Assembly: GCF_018977255.1 (NCBI RefSeq)
Contig: NW_024704743.1
Span: 47,618,001-47,682,000 of the forward strand
DNA: 64,000 nucleotides
Direction: 5' to 3'
Source of the DNA: Callorhinchus milii
Lineage: Eukaryota
The notes below the pieces were generated by a model, which did no database searches, was not told the origin of the DNA, and worked only from the letters and a program-made list of their open reading frames with translations. Made by a program: the position numbers and the translations under genes. Below are positions 50,173 to 63,580 of the stretch, in pieces; within the stretch, counting starts at the first letter, position 1, and each line of letters opens with the position of its first letter.

Positions 50173-51499
50173 TTGTGTATAAGAGTACATAATTTTTAGT
50201 CAGTTTAACTTTAAAATGCAAGCTTTTTTGATAGTGGTTCATGTGTATGTTTTGTTGATGATACAGTTTTAAAATTTGATTTCAACCCTTGAATTTTCAG
50301 ATATGATTTGCCAGTTCACTGTGTTTTAACAAGCCTGCTGTGCCTTGCAGATTATTTAATGACTGTAGCTAAACCTCCCTGTTGAGGATCAAAATAGCCT
50401 AATCTGAATTTCTGCTACATAAAACAAAAATCAATGGAAAATTAATTATTTTATTGCTTTAGACATTTTCTAAAATATTGGTGGACCATGTCTTGCTACA
50501 AATTGAGCTACATTGTTTTTGGCAAATGGGAATCACAAATTGATTTAAAAAAATAATATTGCAGAGAGTGCTAAAGATGATGCATTCTTTATTTGGGAAA
50601 AATCTTCATGCAGAATAAGACCAATTATTGGAAGCTATTTTCGATTAAAGCTTTTCCATTTGAGTCAAAATATGTGTATTCTAAATAATACTGTAGCAAA
50701 ACTATAATCTAATGCTTTATCGCCAGTAACCTGAACTGATCCTCAGGTCACTGATAGTTATTGAGTGAGAATGTAGTTGAATTTCAGACAAGAAAAGAAA
50801 ATATGAATTGTGATCAGTTCACCAACTATAATTATTGATGAGATCGATAAAACTACAGGGAAATCATCTGTTAAAACAATACGTTTAAAATGTTGAAGAT
50901 TTTTAGAGGTAACAATAAATGTCATAAGATTCATTGATTCATGCTATCACTCTGCCACAGCTCATACAGATACATCGAGGGGTGACATGGACTACCTGGG
51001 TTTTTGTCACAAGGGGACTTTGTCCCAGTTAAGTGGAGGCATGTTTATAATGTAGTAAAGTTAGTAACCGAACAGAGAACAGGGCTGACTGATATTCAGG
51101 CTCATATCGTAGCTTCCACTACTGTTATTTGGGAAGCAGAGATTGTGAAAATTAATTTCCTAATGGTTTTGAGCATGTGTTAGAGTGTCTGCTATCACCT
51201 TATTGAAACATTGATGTCACATTTTGCTGTAAGTTCTATCCAGTTCTGTGGAGACGATGAAAATAATCTTTGAAGGCTCAAAATGTGGCAGTGTTTCATT
51301 TTTTGGCACATTTTAAGCCTTTGGCGTTGGAATATAAAAGTAGTGTATATCGCTTCTTGGTGTATTAAGAGTGTTATGTTTGTCTCTAATTTAAATAGGC
51401 ATATTGTTCATGTGTGTCCATTTGACCATTTGGAGCTTAAGAATGCCATTCTCACTGGGCTGCAGCTAGTAGCCATGAAAAAAAATTCAGTTAGTGCTA

Positions 51500-51955
51500 A
51501 ATTCTGCACCATACAGAACTCTGCAGTCCATGTTCTCTCCAGCACAAGTTTCTGTGAGCCCACCGCCCTTACTCATTTACTGGCATCTTCCAGAGGAACA
51601 AATTCAAGATTCTCGTCCTCAATTCCAATGTTTCCATGGCCTTGCTTCCTCCTCTACTACCTCTTGTGAACATATGGTGAACCACAACTTCTGCTCAACA
51701 CTGGCTTGCTTCATGCCCCCTGCCTGATGTGCCCTAACATTTGGGCAAGCTTTCAGCGATTGTGTCCCCCATTCTCTGGAACTCTGTCTCAAGAGTCCCT
51801 CTGTCTTCCCTTGAGAAGAATGAGGTGTTCATGACAGCATCAATCTACATGGATGCACATTCCTCCTCATGGAGCAAGTGCAGAGTCTCAGCTTTCCCCC
51901 AATTCCGTAACATTGCTCGCCTCCTCCAAGGCGTTATGTAAATGCAATTTGTTGT
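51500..51955 (+). mobile_element. Old L2 3' fragment
   Basis: IQNSAVHVLS, aaattcaagattctcgtcctc, tail aaggcgttatgtaaatgcaatttgttgtt. Confidence 0.7.
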
Positions 51956-52362
51956 TTCATTTGGTGTTTATTTTTTAACTTCAATTTTGCTTTTATTTTT
52001 ACAGTTTAGGGTTATTATAATGTTCATTTCACTGTAATAGTGTTTCAACTGAAAATGTTCAACACTAATTGGCCTAGGGAAATAAGAATTTTATGGGACA
52101 TGCCAGCAGCCTATGGATTAAAAGCTTTGGGTTATTTTTTCAATACAGAACATTTGACTCCTCCATACTATACATCTGGAAGCTGCACAAAATTGTTATT
52201 CTCAGTGTGTGAATTTAAATGTTATAGAAATAGGTGTTAGCCTGGTTAGTTGATAGTAATATTGCCTCTAAGCTCAGGCCTTACGCTGGTACTTTGAACT
52301 CACAGTCTAGTCTGATACTCCAATGCAGCACAGCATTGTTGGAGGTGTCGTCTTTCAGATGA

Positions 52363-52684
52363 AATAATAATAATAATAATCCTTGCATTTGATATAGCGC
52401 TTTTCACGTCGGGAGGACGTCCCAAAGCGCTTCACAGAACACTCTAAAGTGAATTGACTGTATATTTGTGGGCGAACGCGGCAGCCAATTGCGCACAGCA
52501 ATGTCCCACAAACAGTCGTAGATTGAAAATGACCAATTTATTATTGTTTTTGGTTTTGGAGGGTTATTATTAGGCTCTGTGTGGAGTAAGGAAACTTGCC
52601 CAAGGTTTCGCCCTCTGCCTGGAATTGAACTCAGGTCTCTCGCTTGCAAAGCGAGTGCTCTAACCACTGAGCTACAGGACTCCA
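52363..52684 (-). mobile_element. tRNA-Ala-headed SINE, short variant, nested in a Deu-domain SINE
   Basis: Head with anticodon arm ctcgc-ttTGCaa-gcgag; (ATT)n tail. Confidence 0.92.
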
Positions 52685-52739
52685 CTAATGTTTAAACTGA
52701 GGATTTGTTTGCTCCTTCAGGTGGACATTAAAGATCCCA

Positions 52740-52855
52740 TAGAATCATGGAAATTTACAACACAGAATAAAGCCATTTGATCCATCATGTCTGTGTTGGC
52801 TCTTTTAAAGAACAATTCTTTCAGTCCCATTCATCTGCCTTTTCCCCATACTACT
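52740..52855 (-). mobile_element. CR1 3' tail nested in a Deu-domain SINE
   Basis: tagaatcatggaaatttacaacacagaataaagccatttgatccatcatg aligns with 61219-61330. Confidence 0.7.
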
Positions 52856-55059
52856 CTCATGGCCCTATTCAAAAACATAAGGGAGTTTACTTCAGGTGTC
52901 CTGGACAACAATCCTCCGCATAAAATTGGTAATCACTTCATAGCTGTTTGTAGAACATTGCTGTGCATAATCTGACTGCTAAATTTGCCTATAAAAATAC
53001 AGGCACTACATTTTATAGTGAGTCCTGTGAAGTTTGAGACATCTTTGTGACGCAAAAGGCAATTTATCAATACAGGGATTATAAATATCTGAACATTTCC
53101 AATTCTGGGAGAAGCTGTTGAAAGTGCAATATCTAAATCTTGAGGAGGAAGGTCTGATAGTGTACTGGCAGTATTGTCTTGTATTTGCCAAAGACCTTAT
53201 TCAAGAAATTCAATGGGATAAGTAATACCCAAGAAATTTATTAGACCTAACCAGATGTTATAGTAGCTGCTGGATGCCATGTAATGTAGTTAATTCGAGG
53301 TCTTGGATGCAATAGTTGTTAAAAATGTCACCTATAAACAAGGCTGTTTATAATTTGTGCTGGTGACCAGTGATGTAATACAGTGCAGCATACTGGATGC
53401 TGGCACCGAACAGTGAGAATATTACCTACTTTAACACTCCTCTAAAGGACTAAAAGCCTTTTTCTTCTTTAATTGAATTTAGCCCAAGGGTGTAATAAAA
53501 ACATTCACTGCAAGTAAAAGCCTAGAAGTGATAAAACACTACACCTGAGGTTATGCGGAGGGCACTCTTGCACATTGTCAGTTATTTCTGTAACACTAGG
53601 CTTAATATTTCACCACTATAGCTCTTAAATACAGTTAGAATTTTTAAAATGCTAAACCATTTGATAGTGGTAATGGAAGTCATTCATAATACAAATATTG
53701 GTATATAATAGTTATTTGTAATAGTTTGGGGGAAATACGTTTATAAGACGTACAAAATTAATTTGGGACAAAATTAGGGATATTGAGTGCATTCATTTTG
53801 AATACTTGCTTTCTGTATGCAAACTTCACACCAACAAAACACCATCCTTTTAATTAATCAAAGCCATTTAACAAATTCTTCTCAACTAATTATAGTCACT
53901 GGCTCAAATGAACCCTGCAGACCCAGCAGAAATGGGCAGGAACTGTTTATGAGATCTATAAATGGTCATGTTGAGAGTCAGCAAACACAAAAGTTGGATT
54001 GTTTGTGGTGCCCTGTAGTTGCTGATATTATATCTGAGGTTGGTGCGGGTTGGCTGCTACTTCTCCCATTTAGATTACAGTGAGAGACTGGGAGCTAACA
54101 ACCTTTTAAGACTGGGAGATGCCAAATTGGTAATATGAGTGATGTGCCACATGCATTTTAAACCATAAAAATAAAAGACGCTAAACAGTGGAAGTACAGT
54201 CCCTCTGGAAAGAAACATTTGCAATGGATAAATGAATGTTTCAATTACAGTATTTATTTTTGGTGGGCAAACGTCCAATGTACTGATAAATTAAATTGAA
54301 GGATGCAATGGTATGCTGTATCTTAAAATTCTATCAATTTAAATCACTATTTTAATACAACAATATAGCATTATAGAGCTAGGAGCAACTTGATGGTATT
54401 GTTTTCAGTACTTCTTGTTAGTGAGGTATTCAGCAAATCAGAACCTCTAAAAAGAGTGTGACATTCTTTGACTTGTAGGTTTGAATACATTTTGTTTGAT
54501 CAGCCGGGTATCTGACATACTGTATTCAGAAACTTATCACTATGTTTAAAAGTATTGAAACTAGACTAAGAGTTCCAAACATATACACAGTCTACACATG
54601 CAAATCTTCCCTCCAGCTGAAATGGAATGTGCGCTCTCACCCTGCTTACTTAATTCCAGAGAATTTTAGGCTAAGTTGGCAAGAGACCAGGCTTGGAGAC
54701 CCCAGAATGTACCTTGGGGTACTGCTGTTGTACAACCAGGTAAAACAGCATAGCTTGCCATTGAAAGCACTGTCTGGCAAACTTCCTGTTGCTGGCCCAG
54801 CTAGGACCACCCTACCCACTGGGGCTTTGGCTTGCTTAACAAAAGCTAAGCGGGAAGAATCCCTATTCTAATGAATGGTCTGCCCCTCCAAATCCCCCTG
54901 ATGAACTAAACTGACATGGTCTGTCATCAGCAGATATTTCAATTATTGTTTGACTCAACAAATAGTCCCTTTCCCCACCGTAAACTCCACCACTTCATTC
55001 GATAGTCCAGCCAAACCGGAGCCAATGTTGTGCCTACAAAATTTTTGTATGTCAACTTG

Positions 55060-55930
55060 TAGTTGGTAGTGCTCTTGCCTCTGGCTCAGAAGGTTGTGGG
55101 CTTAAGTCCCATTCCATGCAGACTTTGAGCTCACAATCTAGGCTGATACTTCATTGCAGCGTTGGAGGAGTGCTGTGTTGTTGGAGGTGCATTCCTTTGG
55201 ATGAGACATTAAACTAAGATCCCATCTGCTTGTTCAGATGGATGTTAACCCATAATAATAATAATTGTTGCATTTACGACCCATGTCAAGACTTGAAATC
55301 ATAGACTAAGTTGACAATCGAATGCAGTGCTAGGTCTGTGCTGCATTGCTGGAGGTGCCGTTCTTCTGATGAGACATAAAACTGAGGTGGGTGGATGTCC
55401 CATGGCACTATTTGGAAAGAGATGTTTCTCCCAGAGTGCTGGCCAACAATCCCCCAAATAAAATTTGGTTATTCAATTTATTGCTGTTTATGGGACATTG
55501 CTGTGCGCAAATTGGCTGTCGTGTTTGCCTACAAATATATAGTTATTCCACTTCACAGTAAATACGGTGAAGGGCTTTGGTATTTCCTTCCGACGTGAAA
55601 AGCACTACACCACATGTAAGGATTATTTGATGTCTTTCATGTCAGGAGGATGTCTCTTAAAGTGTTTCACAGAATTTACTTTAAAGTATAGTCACTGCGT
55701 ATGTTGTAGGCAAACCCATGACATTATTTGAAAAGAGAAGGGAGTTTCTCTCAGTGTCTTGGTAACATTACTCCAGTTAATAGACCATTAACGTGCTGCT
55801 TGTTTGTACGACATTGCTGTGCACAAATTGACTACTGCTTTCATCTATGCAAGGATTATCTACATATGCACAGCCACTGCACTTTGTTAAATACTTCGAG
55901 ACATTTTGATGTGATTAATCATGCACATTA
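55060..55930 (+). mobile_element. Cluster of Deu-domain SINE copies and tails (~55060-55270, 55280-55628, 55700-55930; opposed tail ~55625-55710)
   Basis: Repeated ggaggtgc...gatgagacat(t/a)aaact and ggccaacaatcccccaaataaaa motifs. Confidence 0.78.
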
Positions 55931-57577
55931 ACATACATTTCAATATTATGCCCTTCTGCTTGAGACATGAATGTAGTTGAAGACTGAAGTTCTGAAATGT
56001 TAGTATTTTTTTGAACCCAACATGTTTTCAAAATGTCTTTTGCATTTTTGCATTTTTTCTTAAAGTATTAACATTAATTGTGTTTTTACAAAAAAATGCG
56101 TCCAGTTTTTTTGAGCAAAATTTGAAGCTCAGGTAAACATTTCACATCTGCCCTAGAAAGGCTTACTGTTATTAATGCACCACAAGATTCTGTAAGGACT
56201 TTGGAATCTCAAATGGCTGCTGGGTGGGCCTGCCTTTTTTTCTCCTTAAACTTGCACGTAAAACTGTTGTAGGGGAAGAAGCAGTCCAGAAGGATTAAAT
56301 GGAGTTTTACCATGCAATAAACACATTCCAGGCCTGCAGGACAGTTTGCTCAGTGGCTTAGTTTTGTATGACTTTTTTGTTGCTTGGAGGAGTTGGGGGG
56401 GGAAGGAGTATTTCTTTTCTTTATTTGTTCACCTATCTGTTAGTAATGTTCGTTCACATTCCTATTAGTGTAATCCCATTGTTAATATGTTTATTCTTTC
56501 TTTAAACCAGCAAGTCAGTTAATTTGGATCTCAGCTCCATTTTGTTGTTCCTTTACAATAGTTTGGTTTTTCTCTCATTTTCTCCTCTTTCCCCTCTCCT
56601 GGCATTTGGCATTTTTCTCCCACTTGGTTACAGTTCCATGGGTACCAGTTTCCTCACTTCTACCAGAAGTTTAAATATGAACGTCCACACATGAAGATTG
56701 AAGTCTCACACCGTCTTGTGCTTCAGTGCTTAACTATTGTATCTTAATGCATTTGACGTTTCAATTTTCATTCTCAAAATTGAGAGTTAAAATGATTAAT
56801 GATTATATACTGTAATTGTCAACATTGTTCTCAGTGGATGCATTTTAATGTTTAAAATCAAGCTAAAACCAATGCATCTTTCAGTGTATATATACTGAGG
56901 CAAGCTGTGTGTAATTCAACAATGGAAATTTATGAGTAGCCATTCTGCATTTAAAAGCACCATTGCATCGAGGGTTAGTTTGGTAATGTTAATGTACTTT
57001 TTATTCAGCACCTGTATTTTGAAAACCAATTATAAGTGCAGATTGAAGATTGCTTGCATTAGCGTTTGTGTGTTTTGTCATAACTGCTTTGATTTTGTTC
57101 ACTTGTTTTGAAATAAAGATTTTCTGTATCTATTGTCAACAAAATGCAGAAATCTTAGTAGCCTTGGAATGTATAGTAGTTTAGATTACTGGTTTGTGGT
57201 TTCATCTTCTATGGTTTAGCTATAATGTTCACTAGTGCAATAAAATTTAAGTGGAGTTATGTGGTGACATAAACCTTTTTATATAACTGTCTACTCAGAG
57301 CACAAGTTTTTTAAATTGACAGCAACTTCAATATCCAGTTAAATACACTAGTAACGACTTTAGCTGGTGAGAGGACATTACAAAAAATGACATGTTGCAC
57401 AATGTTTGTATCTTCTAGTCTGTTCATGGTATTCATGCTATTAAGGAGCTGCCTAAAATGTGATGCGGGGAGAGAATCTGGAAAACAGACTATTTCAATG
57501 GGTCTAGCTATGTGCAAAATTGTCTTTAATTTGTTAAATTGAAAGGGAACCAGATGAGGCGTTGCTTGTAATTTATA

Positions 57578-57765
57578 ATATAATAATAATATAATAATAA
57601 TCCTTGCATTTGATATAGTGCTTTCCACGTCTTCGAGATGTCTCGAAGCGCTTCACAGAATATACTGTAAAGTGAATTGACTATATTTGTGGGTGAAAAG
57701 CGGCAGCCAATTGCGCACAGCAATGTCCCACAAACAGTCATGCATTGAAATGGCCAATTTATTAT
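57578..57765 (-). mobile_element. SINE 3' tail with a long (AAT)n end
   Basis: ccttgcatttgatatagtgctttccacgtcttcgagatgtctcgaagcgcttcacag. Confidence 0.88.
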
Positions 57766-57880
57766 TCTTTAATAATAATTAAATTAATTAATAATGAATT
57801 AATGAATTAATTGTTTAATAATAATTATTGTTTAATAATAACTTAAATTTATTATTAAATTTATTATTATCAATTTATGA
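57765..57880. repeat. AT-rich low-complexity tract
   Basis: Repeated ttaataataatt and tgaattaa units. Confidence 0.8.
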
Positions 57881-58603
57881 GACATCAGCACATCTGAAAA
57901 CATAATGCTTTAAAAATGCAGTGAAATTCTAATCCATTGTGTCATTCACCTTCATGCCTTAGATTAAAGATAAAAGTTGAGCCCTATAAAGTATCATCTT
58001 TCTGAACTCCACTTTCTAGTCCTTCAATTTACTTTGAACTGTATCTGTCACCCTTTCCATTGACTAATTTTAGTTTTTGAATCGTATTTGAAGTAACCAT
58101 TGTAAATTGCTAATTGCAGTTAAAATGCTGGTAAGTAAAGGATCTCTTATTAAAATGTAAAGGTTTTAAGTTCTGAATTTATGCATCCTCCAGCATCCTT
58201 CGTGTGGTACAGAAATGTGTTTCTTTCAAGTTTAGTCTACAATTTCTCTGGTGCAGTGTAGTGCTGAGGAGCCTCAAGAGGTTAAAGCTGAGACTGTAAG
58301 CTTCATTAAAATAATTTATTTATTATTTTAATGAACCTTCTATTCCATTCCTAGTTCCCTTAAAGTTGATATACTTAATCCTTGCATAATTAAAACAAAT
58401 TATTATTATTCCCAGGAAGATACAGATTTTAGATATTCCCACATCAAGAAATCCTGGTCAGGAAGGTTTTTTTCCCTGCTAAGTGACTCCATCCAGATGC
58501 TGTTAGAGAATATGGATCTTTTAATTCTGTTTTTGTGTTAGTTTTTCTATCGTCACCTGAAAAAATAAAAAATGTTGGCCATAATCTGCCTGTGACTTAT
58601 TTT

Positions 58604-58705
58604 TAATAATAATCCTTACATTTGGTACAGCACCTTTCACATTGGGAGGACCTCTCAAATAGTTCACAGGATATACTGTAAAGAGGAGTGACTGTTTTTG
58701 TGGAT
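58604..58705 (-). mobile_element. SINE 3' tail
   Basis: aataataatccttacatttggtacagcacctttcacattgggaggacctctcaaatagttcacagg. Confidence 0.7.
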
Positions 58706-59319
58706 GAACTGACACTCAATGCATATCTCTATCTCTACATCAACTAGTTTTAAGATTGTGGAACTGGCTCCAAATAAAAACTTTTAAATGTAGGTGAGAT
58801 CCCTCCCCAAAATCAGCAATGTCTGCAGATCTGTTTATTTTGTTTTGAACAAAACATCTTGGCAAATCGTATTTCCTTTCATCCAGCATACTTTTTGGAA
58901 TTTTTTTGGATTCCTTGCAATGTATGGGGGTGCAGGGTGAAAACATTGTATTTTGTACTGTGAATTTTCATGAACTCTCCATTAAAGGCTACTTCTGGCA
59001 GTTATGCCATACTAGGTTTCCATACTTTGATTTCACTGGACATATATATATATAAAAGAGATTCCTGACATTTATTTTAGAATACAGGTATATTAAATAT
59101 AAATCTGTTAAAATGATTGGAATGGTTAAAAGAAATCTCTGGTTTTAATAGGGAAAAATTGCAGAGCATCGCTTCATGTCTTTAATTTTCCTGTCTAGGT
59201 GATAATTAAAGGTGCTGAAGCTGAAGACTCATAGTGTTCCCTCTCCGAGTAGACCAGAAAAGATATTCACACAAACTTGGAGAAAATGCCTGATCCTTCT
59301 GTTAGAGTGAAATACAGAG

Positions 59320-60130
59320 CCAATTAACATAATCTGTCAATTACAATGCACCACTAATGATCGTATTATGTTGATTTCCAACTGGCCAAAACTGCAGCGT
59401 ATAATTGTGCTGTGCTGAGAGTTTTGTTGTGGTTAGGTTTATCATTTTGTCAGCTCACTAATAAAAGGTCACAGCAGATACAGAGATCTTCAGTTTTACA
59501 TATGGTACGTAAGAGAGCATTATGGGAATCCTGTCTCTCAGGTATGTTTGCGTATTCTTTACAAATGACACCCATGCTGTGATGCGATAATTGACAAGGA
59601 ATACTGTATTAAGCAGATCTGTTGAGATAATTAGCACTCAAGGTTGCAATTTTTAATCGGACTTGAGTCAGATAATTTATCACAGCAGCAGCAAGTTGGC
59701 AGGGTCACATTCTAAATGCTTGTTAATAATGAATAGAGATTAAACAAGACTGAATATAAAATTAGGCCAAGCAGTAGTTTCCAAAGGTCTGATTTTAATA
59801 TTTACAGTGCTAATTTGGCATCATTTTGGAAAACCGATCAAATCCCTAAATTTTATTTATTTGTTGCTGCGAAATACAGAATATTGAAGATGGTAGTAGC
59901 AGTTTGAGCTTTAAACCGTGAAATAATAATCATCCTTTTGCTCCTAATTGATTAGAATAAATTTATTCTGTTTTTGAGGAGCTGAATTAGCAAAACACTT
60001 CTGACAGAACCGGGCTCTTCAAAGCAATTAGCTGACATTAGGTTTATGAATAGAAATTTTGCATGGTGCTTGAGGTCTAATTTGTTAGCATTAGTAAGCT
60101 ACAGCACATTTAATTTAATCTAACCAATTT
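59320..60130. promoter_or_regulatory. Putative conserved non-coding enhancer block
   Basis: No recognisable repeat; dense TAATT/TGACA motifs; conservation not testable here. Confidence 0.35.
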
Positions 60131-60440
60131 GTCTCTGACCAAATTCAAAATAAGCATTTGGTTTGCAAGCTTTTTTAATTTAGAAACCTTTTATTTATAA
60201 GAAATTTCAGTTTCAAAACCATGAAGTCATTATGTATAGGGTATAATTAGCGTTGAGTTCTGCAATTATAACAACTCCTCATTAACTAGTAATATTAATC
60301 TTTGTTATAGTTTGTTCAACTATTTCTAGGTTGGGGAATAAGACTGGAATTAGATGTTTTAATATCCTTTATTTGTATCTTCAGAACATTGAATCAAAAG
60401 AAGCAGCCTTGTAAAGAGCCTTACATATGTGGAAACCCTT

Positions 60441-61130
60441 GATAGGGTTTCCACATAGGTTGATGACTTACAAATGAAGTTTAATACAGATAAATGCAAG
60501 GTACTGGATATAGGAAGTAAATATAGGAGGCATATGTATTTCATAGATGGGATAGAGCTTGCCAAGGAGGAAGCTGAAAGACATCAGTTGACTCATCTTT
60601 CACCAAATCAAAACATTGTAAGGCAACAGAAAATAAGGCAAACAGGATGCTGAATTATATTGCCAAATCAGTTTAAGTCAAATCTCCAGAGGTTGTATTT
60701 TTGGTTCTACAGTGCTGTGTATGGTCACACTTAAGAATGCTGCTGCTGCTGCTGCTACCTAGGCTCCAGAAGCAAGCAGAGGAGAGCAGCAGGGATGATC
60801 CCCGATGTTAGAGGAATGGGCTACTAGCAGATTGGACAAGTTTGGGCTCTTCAGCCTTGAAAAGACATGTCTCAGAATGGACCTTATTGAGGCAAATAAA
60901 ATTTTAAATGGGCTTGAGAGGACACAGGCTCAGCTTATTAAAGCGCTGTTTCAGGAGAGACACAAGCAAGTATTTTATTACTCAGAGGGTAATTAACAAC
61001 TGGAATGGGTTACCAGCAAGGGTCATTGAGGCCAGGACTCAATGTTTGATACTGTAATGAGAGAACATTAGATGGGTTTTCTGGAAGGATGGTATCGAAT
61101 GGATCAAAGGACCCTCACTCAAACTGATCT
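60441..61130 (+). mobile_element. Old CR1 3' fragment
   Basis: LQMKFNTDKCKVLDIG, KANRMLNYIAK, RLDKFGLFSLEK..LRMDLIEANKILNG. Confidence 0.8.
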
Positions 61131-61214
61131 TGCAAATATATTTTAACTCAATGGTGTATTAATAATATACTTTTATGTAATATCAACAGCTCACCACCAC
61201 TTAAGCAATGAAGC

Positions 61215-62375
61215 TCCATAGAACAAAAGAAATTTACAGCACAAAAGGCCATTCAGCCCATCATGTTTGTGCCAACTTGCTCAAGAGCAATCCTTTCAGT
61301 CGCATTTACCTGCCCTTTCCCCATACCCTATTTATCCAGCTCCTCCTTGAAGCCAATATGGGTTGTACTTCAACAAGCATTTACAGTAGGAAATTCCATA
61401 TTTTATCTGTGAACAAATTTATCCTAACCTCCCCATTTGCTGATTTATTAACTATTTAAATTGATGCCCTCCTGTTGCTGACTCACTATCCAGTGGAAAT
61501 AATTTCTATTGACTATCAAAACCCCTCATAATTTCAAACACTTCTGTCAGGTCACCTTTCATCCTTCTTTGTTACAGCAGAAAAAGTCCCAGTTCTTCTA
61601 GTCTCAGCTCATAGGCCAAACCACTCATCCCAGGTATCATCTTAGTAAATCTGCACTGTGCTCCTCTGTTGCCTTGACGTCTTTCGTAAAGTGGGGTGAT
61701 CAATACTAGACACAATACTCTAATTGTGGTCCAACTAACCATTTATATAAGTTTAGTATTATCTCTTTGCTTTTATATTCTATACCCCTACTGATAAAAC
61801 CTAAGATTCCATTAGACTTTTGACAGCTTTGTTCACCTATCCTCCCTTTAACGATTTATCGACATTAATCCCCAAACCTTTGCTCTTCCATTCCATTTAA
61901 TATTTTACCACCAACATATATTCCTTATTCTCCTTATTCTTTCTCACAAAATGTATAACCTTGCATTTGATCCAAACTGTCCATTCAACTGATCAGCCTA
62001 TTCCCCCCCGAAGTTGCTTATAATTTTCTTCATTGTTAGTTACACTTATTATTTTCATGTGCTCTTTATACTAGAATCCAGATTATTTATATAATGGAGG
62101 AAAGCAATGGTCCGAACACTGACCCTTGGGGGGACACCCTATTTACCTTTCTCCATTGAGAATAACAACCCTGAAATCCCACCTTCTGTTTCCTAGCCTT
62201 TGATCAACTTTCTATCCAGCTGCTAACTTTCAATTAAGACCAAGCATCTTTTTTATATAAACAAACCTACTATGCAGCACCTTATCAAAAGCTTTCTGAA
62301 AATCCATATAAACCACATCCACAGCATTGCCTTCATCTATTTTCTCGGTCATTTCATCAAACCACTCTACTAGTT
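61215..62375 (-). mobile_element. Old CR1 RT fragment and 3' end, tail-to-tail with 60441-61130
   Basis: Minus strand GNAVDVVYMDFQKAFDKVLH and gvpqgsvfgp; 3' tail ...ttctatgg. Confidence 0.85.
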
Positions 62376-63479
62376 AAGCTCAGGCTTGTAACCTGTTATT
62401 CTTCTATCTTAGGTTTCTCAAGGTGGTTTCACCTCCTGCTGTTGTTACAAGCATGTCCATTGGAGAATTTTTTCCATTTCAACTCCCCATTGTATACCAC
62501 AGTCTTCTAGGCTTGCCATAGCCCAGCAGGACACCTGTGGAATATATGTCTGCGTGTGACAGATTCCCTGATGTGGAAAAACATTAGTTGCAAAACAGCT
62601 ACTGTAAAAGAATGCAAGAACCTTGAATACTATCCAGTGGAGTACAGCTATGCAGTGTTAAATTGCTTTGGTTGATCAAAGCCAAAACGTGTTGATATAT
62701 TGGGCCCCATTTTTTACCCCAGTATTAAATTCTGTTTATGATTAGTGGAACAAATGCAGGTTATTGCTGGTGTAGTTAACTACATTCTGAAAGTGTAGTT
62801 TTAAAATACAGTATTGTATTTTATTGCTTTAAACAGTATTTCTCAGATTAAGCAATTCATTTTAATTTGGGGGCATATTAACATTAACAATTCATTTTTT
62901 GTGTCTCTTGTTATGTATCTCTCTATGTGTACTTAGCCATCAGACAATTTTTTTTGGGTGGGTGGGGGGTGTGGGCTATTGGTCTGTAGTTTGTGTTGGT
63001 GTGGCCACACTGCAGTATTAACAAACTCCACTTGAGTCTCTATTTAAAATTGTCATGAAAGGCATTGTGGAGTTTGAGCAGCAGGGAGTGGAGGGATGTG
63101 GGTTTGTGCCTATGATTTCTCACCCCACTGAGTTACTGATCTTTTCCATGTTGCTGTAGGGAAAGTGCAGATCATAGGCCACTTGCTTCCCAGCAGTAGA
63201 GCAGGAAAGTTAAGAGTCTTGGATAACAAGGAGAGGTATTAGCAGATGCTTGGAAGCCAGTTTTGTACCAAACACAGTTGAGGTATGCTTCAGAGAGAAT
63301 GGGGAGATTAAAATGACTGGGAATAAAAGAGGGATTCATACTCTCATGTATCAATTACTTAATGATAGCACTCTTGAAGCCAATTGAATCAGAGCTGTTT
63401 TTTAATCATTCAAAGAGTTTTTGTAAAGTTGTAGAAAAGTTTCGCCCATAGAATAATAATCCTTCATTTTTTTTGCACA

Positions 63480-63580
63480 GTCACTACACTTTGCAGTGTA
63501 TTCTTTAAAGCACTTTGAGACGTCTTGAAGACCTGACAGGGCACTATATCAAATGCAAGAATGATTATTATTATATAATA
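63480..63580 (+). mobile_element. SINE 3' tail
   Basis: aagcactttgagacgtcttgaagacctgacagggcactatatcaaatgcaagaatgattattatt. Confidence 0.75.

Larger units (their letters stand above)
52245..53085 (+). mobile_element. Deu-domain SINE split by two later insertions
   Basis: ggaggtgtcgtctttcagatga, then resumes tgtttaaactgagg...aaagatcccat, then resumes catggccctattc...gtgtcctggacaacaatcc and tail. Confidence 0.8.

Noticed and set aside
63018..63076. pre-miRNA-like inverted repeat caaactccac ... gtggagtttg
   Set aside because: Only 10 bp pair; the interior pairs poorly and I recognise no miRNA
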